Notes under the pieces: model-generated | Database searches by the model: none | Told to the model about the DNA's origin: nothing | Seen by the model: only the letters and a program-made list of their open reading frames with translations | DNA from: Octopus sinensis | Lineage: Eukaryota | Direction: 5' to 3' | DNA: 64,000 nucleotides | NCBI RefSeq assembly: GCF_006345805.1 | Contig: NC_043003.1 | Span: forward strand, 21,142,001 to 21,206,000 | In this document: one piece after another, positions 49,530-63,271 of the stretch | Numbering within the stretch: position 1 is the first letter of the stretch | How the letters are laid out: every line of letters starts with the position of its first letter | Program-made: the position numbers and the translations under genes

Positions 49530-51400
49530 ACATAACAAATCTTGCAAACCAAATCCCAAAACGAAATATTGATTTAAGAAATTCCAGAAAGTGATGGGGT
49601 AATTTTTCTCAACATAACGCACATTAATATGTGCACTCAAAGCAGAGACCTCACTCTCCAGTGGGCCCTCTTCGCAACCCTCACACAAACCAGATCACTG
49701 ACGACCCCAAGGAATGCGCAGAACTCATTGCCGAGTGCTATGCAAACATATTCACTGTTGAAAGTCAAAATGTACCATCTTCACCATCACTAACAGCAAA
49801 CTCCATAACAACTATGGAATTTACACCTGCAATGCTGCGACGTCACCTTCAAAATAAGCGCAACTATGCCTCCCCTGGTCTCGATGGAGTTACATACCTG
49901 CTTCTCAAAAGTGGCAGGCACTTCCTTTTACACCAGCTTTCTATTTTCTTCCAGTACTGTCTCAACAATGGTGCTACACCGGAGCAGTGGAAAACTGCCA
50001 GTGTCATTCCTCTGTTCAAAAAGGGCAACCGCACATCACCTGTCAACTATCGCCCAGTCAGTCTCACTAGCTGTATTGCAAAACTGATGGAATCGTGTGT
50101 CAGAGAAACACTCTGGAACTTCTGGAGCTCTCACAGTCTCATCCGACCCTCACAATATGGATTTGTCCCTAACTCCAGCTGCAGTGACCAGCTTGTCGAG
50201 TTCCTTGAGGACATTACTCAGATTACTGACAGTGGCTCATGGGTGGATGTTGTCTACCTTGACTTTGCTAAGGCTTTCAACTCTGTGCCACACAAAAGGC
50301 TTATGGTGAAACTCTCTGCAATGGGTGTGGGGGATGACCTTTTTAACTGGTTGAAATCCTTCATCCTCAGCCGAAAGGAGGTAGTCACAGTTCTAGGACA
50401 GCACTCTACACCATATGAGATGTCATCGGGTGTACCACAGGGATCTGTCCTTGGTCCCCTCTTGTTTGTGGCATACATTAACGACATAGATGCCAATTTA
50501 AAGAATGCCACAGTATTGAAATATGCAGACAACATCAAGCTGTACCTTGAAATCAAGAGGACAGATCCTGATGTCTACAACTCTTTCCTGCAATCAGACC
50601 TAGACACAATGCAGCAATGGATCACAGACTGGCAACTGAAACTGGCTGTGGACAAGTGTACCACCATGCATTTTGGGAGAAAAAAACCCTGCGTTCACAT
50701 ACTCCCTCCACAACACTGATATCAAGAAATCCTCTTGCGAGCGTGACCTAGGCATCACTGTCAGCAGTGATTTGCGTTGGTCAAAGCATATCTCTAAGAT
50801 TGTCAGGAAGGCCGAGGTGTCTTGGCATCACTCAGCAGGTCTTTTGTTAGCCGCTCTCCAGCCATCTATTTAAAACTGTATACAGCTATGGTACGACCAC
50901 ACTTGGAATTCGCATCATCAGTTTGGAACCCCTATCTTGCACAGAACATTGACCTCCTGGAATCTGTCCAGAGACGTGCAACCAAACGCATACCCTCCAT
51001 CAGACACCTACCATATTCTGAGCGCCTTGTTTCCCTGGGCATGGATTCACTGAAGCTCCGGCATTTGGCGACGGACTTGGTAAACACCCACAAAGTTATC
51101 AACCACCTCACCAACAACAACACTGAACACCTTTTTGATCTCCATGTGTCTAACACACGTGGACATGCCTACAAAGTCAGAAAACAATACAGCTCCCATG
51201 ACTTTCGGAAACATTTTTTCACGCTCAGAGTTGCTGAAGCATGGAATAAACTGCCTGCGTCAGTTGTTGACTGCCATGACTCTGCATCTTTTAAGGCCCT
51301 CATGCTTTCCGAAATCCGCCGAAACTACACCTGATTATATATACACTTTAGATGAGTTGTAGTGCACCTGAGCACTGTACACAATTATTATTATTATTAT
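49530..51400 (+). mobile_element. CR1-clade LINE, 5'-truncated, nearly complete RT domain + 3' UTR + (ATT)n tail
   Basis: ORF 49631-50719 (YLDFAKAFNSVPH, GVPQGSVLGPLLF, YADN) continues through two 1-bp frameshifts (~50690, ~50815) into RDLGITVSSDL, RPHLEFASSVWNP, TRGH and FFTLRVAEAWNKLP. Confidence 0.93.
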
Positions 51401-51511
51401 AAGCGTAGGCTTAAACACATAGTTCTGGGTTCAGTCCCAGTGCATGTCTTCTACTATAGCCTTGGGCCAACAAAAGACTCATGAGTGGATTTGGCAGATG
51501 GAAACTGTATG

Positions 51512-51543
<32 letters not shown>

Positions 51544-52699
51544 CATCATGTATCCCATAAAGAAGCACACTAATGGTGAAGGACATATACCTCTTCAAAC
51601 TGGAGGTAGAAATCCATTATCATCCAATTAGTAAACAATGAATAAACCTTGTGGATTGGCGAGGGCGAGTTATCTCCCTTAGACCAGTTTAGTTGGCAAT
51701 CGATATTGGCTAAGTGGCTAATGGGGAACTTCTGTCCATAAGTTGCTTCCAGCCCATAAGGACTTTTTCCTGTTCTAAATAGATGAATGGGGTATTTTAT
51801 GCCTGCAGTAGGTAGTGTTTGAGATGAGGGCAGAGGCTATAAATCTTGTGTCAGGAATTTAATAGTAATTTTGGATATTGGGAGTCTTTGAGGATATTTG
51901 CTCGCTCTGCTATGCAAAGCTTATAGTGTCTGCTCCTGTTGATTTTAGGAGCCTAGCTACTCTATGATCCTCCACTTAATATCATATGGAGTTCCTTCAT
52001 CTTTAAGGTGCCACACGTGGTTTGCCAGGGATGTGACAGATCATTTTCCAGAATCCTGAAAGAGGACCTGTGGTTGTACAGGCAGTTCCAGTTGACCCAA
52101 TATATCTCCTGATTTGAGCACTTATTTCTTTATTGCCAACAAGGGGCTAAACGTAGAGGGGAACAAACAAGGACAGACAAAGGGATTAAGTCGATTACAT
52201 CGACCCCAGTGCGTAACTGGTACTTAATTTATCGACCCCAAAAGGATGAAAGGCAAAGTCAACCTCGGCGGAATTTGAACTCAGAACGTAACGGCAGACG
52301 AAATACGGCTACGCATTTCGCCCGGAGTGTTAATGATTCTGCCAGCTCGACGCCTTTTTTGAGCACTGCTTGTGTTCACACCTCTAGTGCCTCTTCCATT
52401 GGCACTGGGCCTGGATTTGCTGTTGTTGTTTTTGGAGCCGTTATCGGTGCTGTTATTATGGAGCATGGATCTGGTGATATTGCTGTGACTGTTGTTGTGG
52501 TAATCATCCCTTACCGTAATGCTGGTGTTACTGTTGCTATTGTCGATGGTGCCGTGGCTGCTGCTCTTGGTGATACTGGGTGTGGGACTGGAAGCTTCGC
52601 TGGTGATGCTGGTGTTGCTATGGTCATCTTATCCAGCTGTAGCGCTGGTGTTGGAATCATTGGCATCAGCTGCCATTGTCACTTCTTGCTGTCAATGTT

Positions 52700-53030
52700 A
52701 TAATATAATAATGAAATTATTGTATACAGTGCTCAGGTGCACCACAACTTGTCAGAAAGTGCGTATAAAGTCTGGAAAGTGAACAATGTATGAGTCAGAT
52801 ACATGCTTGCGTGTGTATGGAAGGGAGAAAATCAGGTGTAGTGTTGGCGAATATCAGAAAGCATGGAAGTTTTGAAGGATGAAGTGCTCCGACAACTAAC
52901 AACTGATGCCGGCAGTTTGTTCCATGCTTCAGCAACTCTCAGCGTGAAAAAATGTTTCCTAAAGTCATGTGCTGTTTTCTGACTTTGTAAATATGTCCAC
53001 TGGTGTTAGACGGGTGGAGTTTGATGAGTC
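52700..53030 (-). mobile_element. Inverted 3' fragment of the same CR1 family
   Basis: Reverse complement matches catgactttcggaaacattttttcacgctcagagttgctgaagcatgg and gtgcacctgagcactgtacacaat of the 49530-51400 copy. Confidence 0.85.
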
Positions 53031-54218
53031 ATTGCTACTATTACTATAGTTACTAGGTCTGGGTACCACCATGGCCTCATACACAACCCCCTCACCCTCA
53101 CATTGTCCCACCACCACCATTGTACTCCCTGCATGAGCAGCCGGCTTCTCGCCACATTTTATTGGTGCTCGCCACATTTTATTGGTCTTTTCATATTGGG
53201 TGTGCAACAAAAGGAGACTCTTAGATTGTGTCTATTGAACAAAGGTCTTGACCTATATTTGTATATATATATCTATGTATGCATATATATGTTTGTGTGT
53301 GTGTGTGTATCTATGTTTGCGTTTGTCTTTGTGTCTGTATTTGTCCCCACCAACACTTAACAATTGGTGCTAATGTATTGACATTTCCATAACTTAGCAG
53401 TTCAACAAAAGAGACCGATAGAATAAGTATTAGGCTTTTTAAAAAAAAGTCCTGGAGTCGATTTGTTCGACTAAAACCCTTCAAAGTGGTGCCCCAGCAT
53501 GGTCACAGTCAAATGACTGAAACAAGTAAAAGACAAAGATGTTTCCAACCTGATTCTTTTATTCTTTCGTACGTTTCACTCCTTAAGCTGCAGCCATGCT
53601 GGAGCACAAAAAAAAACCAAGTTGAGATGCATGAAATTTACCTCTCCCCACCCAATTTTTTTTCCCTCATTAAATTTCCATATAATTGTAATCTATGCCA
53701 TTTAAATGTATTTGTAGGAAATTTCACCAACAAATGTCCATTTTTCAAAAAGTTATGAGGAAACAAAGTCGAGGTCACCCATTTGTGTAATCGACTGAAC
53801 ACCTCCCTCAAAATTGTTGGCCACTTGCCTTAAGTAGAAACCAATAGTATTGTACATTTTTAAGGAGGTGAGGCGGCAGAGACATTTAGCCTGTCAAGCA
53901 AAATGCTTGGTGGCATTTCGTCTGTTTTTACATTCTGAGCCGATTTTGATTTCATCCTTTTGGGGTTAATAAAATAAGTACCAGTTTGAACACTGGGACC
54001 AATTCAAGGATCTTTACCTTTTGACCGACAGATTTAAAAAATAATTTTTTTTAACTAAACACTTTCGAACTTCAGATGCTGGTAGAATGTGTCACATAAA
54101 ACATGTTTTACTCTTAGCATTTTTGAGAAAAACTTATATTTATGAAGTTATTTCACGTTAAAGTTCTCGTATTTCAGTTATTTCAACCAATCAATGACGT
54201 CTATTCAGCTGAATAAAA

Positions 54219-55165
54219 TTACTGCCTTTGTTTGTATTTGAGGTGTGGCCGTACAAAGGAGGAAAAAAGTGGTATGATGACACCTTGTTCTCTGGACCGG
54301 AAAGTTCTTAAGATCCAGGAGCTCATCCTACGAGCTATATCAACGTTATTGCTGATGTGGGCACTCCAACTGAGATTGTCATCAACAATTACACCCAGGT
54401 CTCTGATATTGTTAGAGACTGTGAGCGGTTCCCCTGAAGGAAGAGAGTATGGCTGTTTTAGTGTGGACTTTCTTCCAAAATGCATCAGCTCAAATTTTCC
54501 CTCATTCAGTTGCATTTTGTTTTTGTCTGCCCATTGACTCACAGCATATAGATCAGACTGGAGTTGAGTTCGGTCTTTTTCTTCATTGATGATTTGCTGG
54601 AGCTTAGTGTCATCAGCAAATATTTTCACTTTGCAGTGATGTACGACACTGGGAAGGTCATTTATGTAAATTATAAAGAGAAGCGGGCCCAAGACAGTCC
54701 CCTGAAGGACACCACTGGTGACTTTTGCTGGGCTTGAGTGGACTCCATTCACTACAACATGTTGTGTTCTATTCACCAGGAAATACTTTATCCAGTGTAG
54801 AAGTTTTCCACGGATTCCAACATTTGCCAATTTTGAGAGTAGGATATTATGGTCAACCCTGTTGAACGCTTTACTGAAGTCGAAATATATGACATCAGAG
54901 TTCGAAACTAGTTCCCAAGGCTTTAAGTATATCTTCAATGTGGTGTAAGAGCTGTGTTAGACAGTTCTTGCCATAGAAAAAGCCATGCTGATTTGCATTT
55001 AGGAATTTGTGGGTCTCCAGGAAGTCAGCTATCCTTGATCTTAACACTCTTTCAAACATTTTAATGATGTAGGAGGTGAGTGAGATTGGGCGATAGTTGA
55101 CTGCGAGGGATCTGTTTCCCTGTTTGAAAACTGGGATGACAGACTGGGATAGAAGCTGTTTCGGT
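54219..55165 (-). mobile_element. CR1-clade LINE RT fragment (second family)
   Basis: IPVFKQGNRSLAVNYRPISLTS, NQHGF, YFDFSKAFNRVDH, GVLQGTVLGPLLF, IFADDTKL, RDLGV and VRPHL. Confidence 0.92.
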
Positions 55166-55438
55166 GGCCAGCGCCGCCTGACTGGCGTCCATGTCGGTGA
55201 CACGTAAAAGCACCAACTGATCGTGGCCGTTTGCCAGCCTCCTCTGGCCCCTGTGCCAGTGGCACGTAAAAAACACCCACAACACTCACAGAGTGGTTGG
55301 CGTTAGGAAGGGCATCCAGCTGTAGAAATACTGCTAGATCAGACCGGAGCCTGGTGCAGCCTCTGGCCTCCCAGACCCTGGTCGAACCATCCAACCCATG
55401 CTAGCATGGAAAACGGACGTTAAACGATGATGATGATG

Positions 55439-55469
<31 letters not shown>

Positions 55470-56224
55470 GGCGCAGGCATTGCTGCATGGTAGGAAGCTT
55501 GCTTCCCAACCAAATTGTTCTGGGTTCAGTCCCACTGCATGGCACCTTGGGCAAGTGTCTTGTACAATAGTCTCTGGCCGACCAAAGCTTTGTGAGTGGA
55601 TTTTGGAGACGGAAACTGAATGAAGCCAGTTGTATATCTATATGTTTGTGTGTGTATGTGTGTATATATATATTCTTTTACTTGTTTCAGTCATTTGACT
55701 GTGGCCATGCTGGAGCACCACCTTTAGACGAACAAATCGACCCCAGGACTTATTCTGACAACCGCTGTTGGTGTATTTAAGTCCTCGTGACTTAGCGGTT
55801 CGGCAAAAGAGACCAATAGAATAAGTGCTAGGCTTACGAAGAATACGTCCTGGTGTCAATTTTTTCGACTAAAAGCGGTGCTCCAGCATAGCCGCAGTCA
55901 AATGACTGAAACAAATAAAAGAATAAAAGAACATATATATATACACACACTTCCCTCCCCAATTTGAGGACTTTTGCTTGATTAAGAAATCGATATTATT
56001 GATTAAACTTCATTCTGGAATGTGAGGTCTTGTGCCTATCATTATTTCAAGTAAAATTTTATCTGTTTCCATCACAAATTTAAAAGGAAAAAAAAAATCG
56101 TCCTTATCATTATTACCATCATTACCCTTGCGTTAGCATCCGTGAAATAGTTTTGGAGTCTGTGAAGCTTGAATTGAGAAGCAAAAGCAAATCAATTATC
56201 ATCATCACCATCATCATCATCATC

Positions 56225-56264
<40 letters not shown>

Positions 56265-57871
56265 TTTATACTGTCATTATTCATATACTGTTGTTCAGTC
56301 CCATATAGGCCCTGAGTGAGCAGGTATATTGGTGGAAGGCATTCCAGCCGTGATCATCTTGTATTTTCCTTCGCGAACAAAGCGTACCCCAGACCTAATT
56401 TCCCGTTGTGCTCTGTTTTAAAATGGTACGGTCTGATTCGAGGGAGACTAGGCGTCGATTTCTAGCACATGTCGAGCGACCTCGCATATGCACCTCGATG
56501 ACTTGTCATTGCAAGTAATTTTGTGCAGAGGAGTTTACATTGACACATTACATGCCGCGGCCTTTCTTTTGACCGTGTTAATTCCTCTCCTCCTACACCA
56601 AACCCCTTGTCACTAACGTATATCTCTTCTACGACTTAGGCCCACCCTCTTTTTACTTCATACGCAGATTATCTTGACACCTACACACATAATATATCTG
56701 CTCATCATGCGAAAGCGGGTGGCCTTAACATGAGCGCTCGACCTGCTAGTAATAGCAGCAAATCAAATCTCCTTCGGACCACACCCTATTTCCTTATGAA
56801 AGGACTCTTCAGATAATGTTGTCCAAGATGTCACTATATCAGAAAATAGACGGAATTGTCATGACTAGAAATGCCTTTGGTTAAAGATCTGTTCTATCAG
56901 GAACTGATCCGTGTGGGCGACGGAGGGCAATGCTAGAAATAACAGCTATCTATTCATTACTAGCCTTTAAACTATTGCTTTCTTTTCGTTCTCAAACAAC
57001 ATCATTTATAGAGACATTTTTGTTGTTCCATTTGCAAAACTTCATTCTTTTTATCGCTTTAATCTTTTATTCTTCCGCCCGATTACGTTTTTCTTTTCTT
57101 TTCTTCCTTCCTTGCTACTATTTACCTCTTTATTAACTCTTTTCTTCTTTCTCGCTTACCCTCCACCCCTTTTTCTCTCCACTCTCTCTCTTTCCCTTTC
57201 TCTCTCCTTCCTTAGTAACCTTTCCCATATCTCTTTTCCCTGTAGACTATATTTCTCACTCATTCATCGCACATTCACGTTCTCACATTCACTTTTTCAT
57301 TTCATTTAAACTGTTTTTCCTCATTCACACTTTCTCAGAATATCATTGTCTTTCAGTTACCCAACCTCCATCCGTTGCTTTTCGTTTTCATTTTACCCTC
57401 ATACCCTTAAAACCCAGCCCTCCGCTGTCTTTTCTTTACACTCACATGCACTCATCTTTTCTCTCCCTTCATTCGTTTCCACATTTCGTTCTTCGTTCCT
57501 TCAATTAATGACTGTCTTTCTTTCTCCTAGACACTCGCTTTTCGCTTATTCGTTCTCTCTCCTTCTTTCCTTTCCTTCATTCATACGTACACACTCTTAT
57601 TTATTGAATCCACCCTATAATTATTCTATCTATTTATCTCTATCTCACTGAGCACATTTGTTCTGACTTGACTTCAGTGAAACTCTTCAACAGGCAGCGA
57701 GAGAGTGAGAGACAAGAACAATGAGAGACGGAGTGAAAGAGAGAGTATAAGTAAGAGAGAGAGAGATGGTAGAGAGATATAAAGAGAGAAAGTAGAGCGC
57801 TATAGAGAAAGCAATAAGGCGGGGTATAGAGAGTTGTAAAGAGAAAGACAGAGAGTTATATAAATACAACC

Positions 57872-57938
<67 letters not shown>

Positions 57939-58080
57939 TGAGGGAGGGATATAAAGATATAAAGAGAGAGTGAGAGAAGAGCAGTGGGAGAGAGATAACG
58001 ATAGATACAGAGGTAATGAGAGAGGGAAAGGAGTGAGTATTAAGCAGGCGGCCCATGTCGGTGCCACTACCTAACACAAC

Positions 58081-58715
58081 ATGTCGGCTGCAGCCGCTTC
58101 TCATACACATCATGCTCAACACAACCAGCAACAACAACACCATCATAATCATAACAAACATCATCGCCACCAGCAGCATCCAGAACAAGAGCACGTCCAG
58201 TACCACTCCCGCCAGTACAACCCCAAATATCATCAAAGCTCTCCAAACCTAACAACGTACAACCTTAGCCAAAAAGAAGCGCAAGACCGTCACCACCACC
58301 ACCGCCACCACCACCATCACGATCACGACTACCACGACTACCACGACGACCAGGGCGACCACAATTACGGCGACGACAACGACGACGACGAACGGTGTGG
58401 AGACGGCGGTGGCGGCGATAGTCAAGGTTCCTCTTTAGCAGTCAACTCCATCATTACATCGCTACCGGAATCGTCTTCTTTACGAGACGGTGCTTCCAGT
58501 TCTTCAAACAGACTGCCCGTCGATCAGCATCAGCATCATCGTCACCTTCAACAACAACAGCAGCACCAAAATCATCAACAGGACCGTCGTTACTACGGAC
58601 AAAATACGGCAGAGGCTACCTCACCTCGACAGCACCACCGTTCCGGCAGTGGGGACAACTTCGAACTCCTGGACCACTACGGAGCACAGCATATTTTCGA
58701 TGCTATCAAAAATGG
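58081..58715 (+). CDS. Candidate first coding exon, His/Gln/Asp-rich low-complexity N-terminus
   Basis: 225-codon ORF in a CpG-rich island distinct from the flanking microsatellites. It ends in the non-repetitive FELLDHYGAQHIFDAIKNG with a possible donor gg|gttcgt. No downstream exon was identified. Confidence 0.5.
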
Positions 58716-60010
58716 GTTCGTATACATAAGTATATATATACATATAGACACTTCCTAAACACATATATCCACACTCACAATATACATTTACACATCATAT
58801 ATATATTATATATATATATATATATAGCGGGCGATCTTCTGTGCGTTCAGTCGATCTCCTAGAAATACCAGCCAAATCTCCCGTCCTCAAAAATGGGGAA
58901 GTACAATATCAGTTAATACACTCCCAACCGCTAAAAAAGGACGAGATTGTCACGGTTTGAATACTTGTAAATATAAGATTTTCCTCGATCAGGGTTGACC
59001 TGGAAGATACCTAAACCCGCATACATCTATTGTATAAATATTAACATATAAATGTCAGAATACCTACAGCTCGTATTAAATGTATCTGTTGTGTGTGTGT
59101 GTGTATATACACACACACCAACACACATATAACTATCATTAGATATAAATATATAATGCTAATATCTCAATTTACAGGTTTATTATATGGTTGGACACAC
59201 ACATATATATGATCATGTGGTCAATGCCCTGTGTATATATGTATATATATATACATACATACACGCGCGCGCGCACATGTGTATGTATTTATGAGTGCGT
59301 GTATGTAAAGGCGGTATATACGTAAATGTATATATGTCCTTCCATAAACTAAATAACGCGTGTATTTTGTAATAATAATGTATTTCTCATTCTTCTATCA
59401 TGCCGAGAAAATCTTTATTTTGATACTCGATTTTGTCCCTTAGGATGAATATATGAATATATATGTATTATAAACTCGTCTATATGGTTATTCACTGTGG
59501 TGTATGATAGTATGTATACTTAGTGTGTGTGTGTGTGTGCATAAATACATACATACATACATATATATGTATATATATATATAGAAAAAGAGGGAGAGAG
59601 AGAGAGATTTGTGGGTATGACTATTATGTACACATTGGTTTATAAAATCGCTCATTTTATGGCAAATATTCGCACGTGTGTATGTGTGTGTGTATAGATG
59701 TTGCTTCATGTATATTTGTATTCATAGTATGTATTAGTATATAAACTCAGTGTACACGCGTATATACACATTTATGAATAAATGTATACACATACACACA
59801 TATATTACACCATGAATCATATGTTGTATAAAGTCATTATAGATGATATTTATGCATAGAAATGTGTACACGAAACTGAGAATATATGCGGTATAATATA
59901 CACTAGTGTGTGTCCATGTAACGGTAAATGAAAGGGAGTGTATACACCTACACATACGTGTAGTTACATATTAAACACCCACCCATCCATCCACACATAC
60001 ACACATATAT

Positions 60011-60365
60011 GCTTGTCTGTCTATCTATCTATCTATCTATCTATCTCTGTCTGTCTGTCTATCTATCTGTCTGCCTATCTGTCTGTCTATCTGTCTGTCT
60101 ATCTGTCTATCTATCTATCTGCCTGTCTATCTATCTGTCTCTCTGTCTATCTATCTGCCTGCCTGTCTGTCTATCTATCTGCCTATCTATCTGTCAATCT
60201 GTCTGTCTATCTATCTTTCTGTCTGTCTATTTGTCAATCTGTCTGTCTAGCTATCTATCTGTTATCTGTCTCTTTCTCACTCTCTCCATCTCTCTGTCTG
60301 CTGGTCTGTCTATGTATCTATCTTTCTGCCTGCCTGTCTTTCTGTTTGTATATCTCTCCGTCTGC

Positions 60366-60454
<89 letters not shown>

Positions 60455-60460
60455 AATCTG

Positions 60461-60527
<67 letters not shown>

Positions 60528-60570
60528 GTCTATCAATCAATGTCTATCTGTCTGCTTCTCTCTCTCTCTC
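60011..60570. repeat. Compound (CTAT)n/(CTGT)n (GATA/GACA) microsatellite
   Basis: Read directly; source of the spurious LSIY/YLSV ORFs. Confidence 0.95.
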
Positions 60571-60574
60571 TATG

Positions 60575-60605
<31 letters not shown>

Positions 60606-61818
60606 GTATATATCATCACCATTTCAATATTCATTTCTTGTATGACTCAGACAAAATTCTTTGAGGCTGATTGTCTACAGCAAGGTGCTCTTCCTGTCAC
60701 CTGCCCTCAGCTATTTCCAAGCACAATGTTTCTACGGGAGATTGCAAACAAACGTTACTATTTTTGTATAATGACATTAGTGTACAATTAGCCCAAAGTG
60801 TCAAGACAAAGATATACTAACACGTACACACACAGGATTTATTCTTTGTAAGCCTAGTACTTATTCTATCAGTGTCTTTTGCCAAACCACTAAGTTATGG
60901 GAATGTAAACACACCAACATCGGTTGTCAAGCAATGGTGGGGATACAAAAACAGACACCACAAACACACACATACGAGTCTTCTTTCTACACTTGTATGT
61001 GTACACATATATACATATATATACACACAAATATATATATATATATACATTCATATATAGATGCATATATACATACATACATATACATATATAGATGCAT
61101 ATATACATATATATACAAAGATATAAATACACACACACACACACACATATATATATACATACCTATACAAACATGTACATAAATACGTATTGAAACCATA
61201 TAATAATGAAAATATTAATAAAGATGTTATTGTTTCACTTTACAGAAACTCTAAGAGATAACAGATTGCTCTAGGCTCACATTAGGCAAGAAGCTGAAAA
61301 TTTTTTTGGCTCATGACACTTCATGGACTCTAAATAAGGCATGTGTAAAATTTGAATGAAATCTGTTGGGTAGTTCTCAAGTTTTACCAATGCACACAGA
61401 CAAACAGACAGACACACATTCTCAGTTTTATATATATATCTGTGTGTCTGTGTTCATCATCCTACTATTGCTTAATGTGTTTACATCCCCCATAACTTAG
61501 CTGTTCAGCAAAAGAGACCGATAGAATAAGTACTAGGTTTACAAAGAATTAGCCCTGGGGGTCGATTCGTTCGACTAAAAGCGGTGCTCCAGCATGGCCA
61601 CAGTCAACTGGAACAAGTAAAAGAATATATATATATATGTATAGGTGTAGGCATGGTTGTGTGGTAAGTAGCTTGCTTCTTAACCATATTGTTCCAGGTT
61701 CAGCTCCACTTGTGTGGCACCTTGGGCAACTGTCTTCTACTACAGCCTTGGGTTGACCAAAGCCTTGTGAGTGGATTTGGTAGACAGAAACTGAAAGAAG
61801 CTCATCATTTATACATAT

Positions 61819-62337
61819 ACCAGCAGTATCGCCCGGCGTTGCTCGGGTTTGTAAGGGAAATAACTATATAAGCATTTTTAGAGAGTTACTTCCTTTATAG
61901 ATGCCAATTCGGGCTTTCTTAGCCATTTCTGTTTTGGTGTCTTCAAGCCATGAAGTCGTTGTTCTAAAAGAACGCTGGTCTCCTTGACAACGCATTACGA
62001 CGTTGATTTCCTTAAACTCCCTTCCCCACAGCTTCACGACGGAGGGAAGAAGGGGGAGAAGCAAACACAGGTGCAGGTGTTTGAGCGTGGACGCCAACTC
62101 CGCTGCCATCGACACACAAAAAATTATGCATTAAAATGGAATAAAAAATGATGTTAAATTATTTTTAAAATCGTAGACTCATCGTAGACGCGCGCTAATA
62201 GTCAGACGGGCTCGATATTAATCACGACTATAAGATACCCGAATTTGGTTAAACTGCACCGCAAAATGTGGGAGGAGTTAGGAATCTAAATCGTAGGAGA
62301 CAGACACTCACACAACTACAGTTTTATGTATATAGAT
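61819..62337 (-). mobile_element. Helitron-like element nested in the internal microsatellite of a family-A SINE
   Basis: SINE head at 61640-61815, element with 3' hairpin cccgagcaacgccggg at the left, SINE body resumes at 62340-62580. Confidence 0.75.
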
Positions 62338-62607
62338 ATGTATGTAGGTATTTATGTGTTTGTGTTTGTCCCTCCACCATCACTTGACAACTGATACTGG
62401 TGTGTTTATGTCCCTGTAACTTACTGGTTCAGCAAAAGAGACCGATAAAATAAGTACTAGGCTTACAAAGAATAAGTTCTGGGGATGATTTCTTTGACTA
62501 AAACCATTTTAAGGGAGTACTCCAGCATGGCTGCAGTCAAATGACTAAAACAAGTAAAAGAGTGAAAGAATAAAAGAATATATATATATATATATATAGT
62601 ATATGTA

Positions 62608-62638
<31 letters not shown>

Positions 62639-63271
62639 GCATGTATACATATTTGTATACATACGCACGTACACACATATGCATTTACATTTGTATACAT
62701 ATATACATATTTCTTTATTGCCCACAAAGGGATAAACATAGAGGGGACAAACAAGGACAGACAAAGGGATTAAGTTGATTACATTGACCACAGTGCGTAA
62801 CTGGTGCTTAATTTATCAACACTGAAAGGATGAAAACCATGAAACGAGCATGAGGGATTTCAAATTCGGTGGGCCCCACCCGCCTCATATACAAGAATTA
62901 AAATGTTGGAAAATTAGCAAATTTAAATCTCAAAACCTGTTTATTGCATGTAATTGACAAGTTAGAAGAGAAAGTTTACTAACAACTAAAAATGGCGTTC
63001 TATAGATACACTTCTAAAAATTCGATTTTTTTTCTCACACATTCACTTGCTGTGTTTGACTTCTCCTTCATTTTGAAAAGTACAATGCAGAATATGATAA
63101 AATGGCAGAAAATTGTGAAAAAAGAAGATATATCATTTTAGCAGTTGTTTTGTTGTTCCAAAGGCACAATGTGTGTGTGTGGTGGGGAAGATAAACATTT
63201 AAAAGACATGGCTTTTTAAAACTTCATTGTTTTGCAAAATTGGGGAAACTCTAACATATATATAGGACAGT

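Noticed and set aside
52209-52703. 164-aa Ala/Gly/Val-rich hydrophobic ORF
   Set aside because: Its start lies within a SINE, the remainder is degenerate GYT/GGT trinucleotide sequence, and all three reverse frames contain stops. There is no domain or splice support.
58055-58729. Overlapping alternative ORFs around the His-rich ORF (58055+, 57856-, 58067-, 58490+)
   Set aside because: These are shadow frames of a CAN/GAC-rich low-complexity region. Only the 58081 frame is long and ends in non-repetitive sequence at a donor-like site.
59938-60791. 235-260 aa ORFs rich in LSIY/YLSV
   Set aside because: These are translations of the (CTAT/CTGT)n microsatellite.
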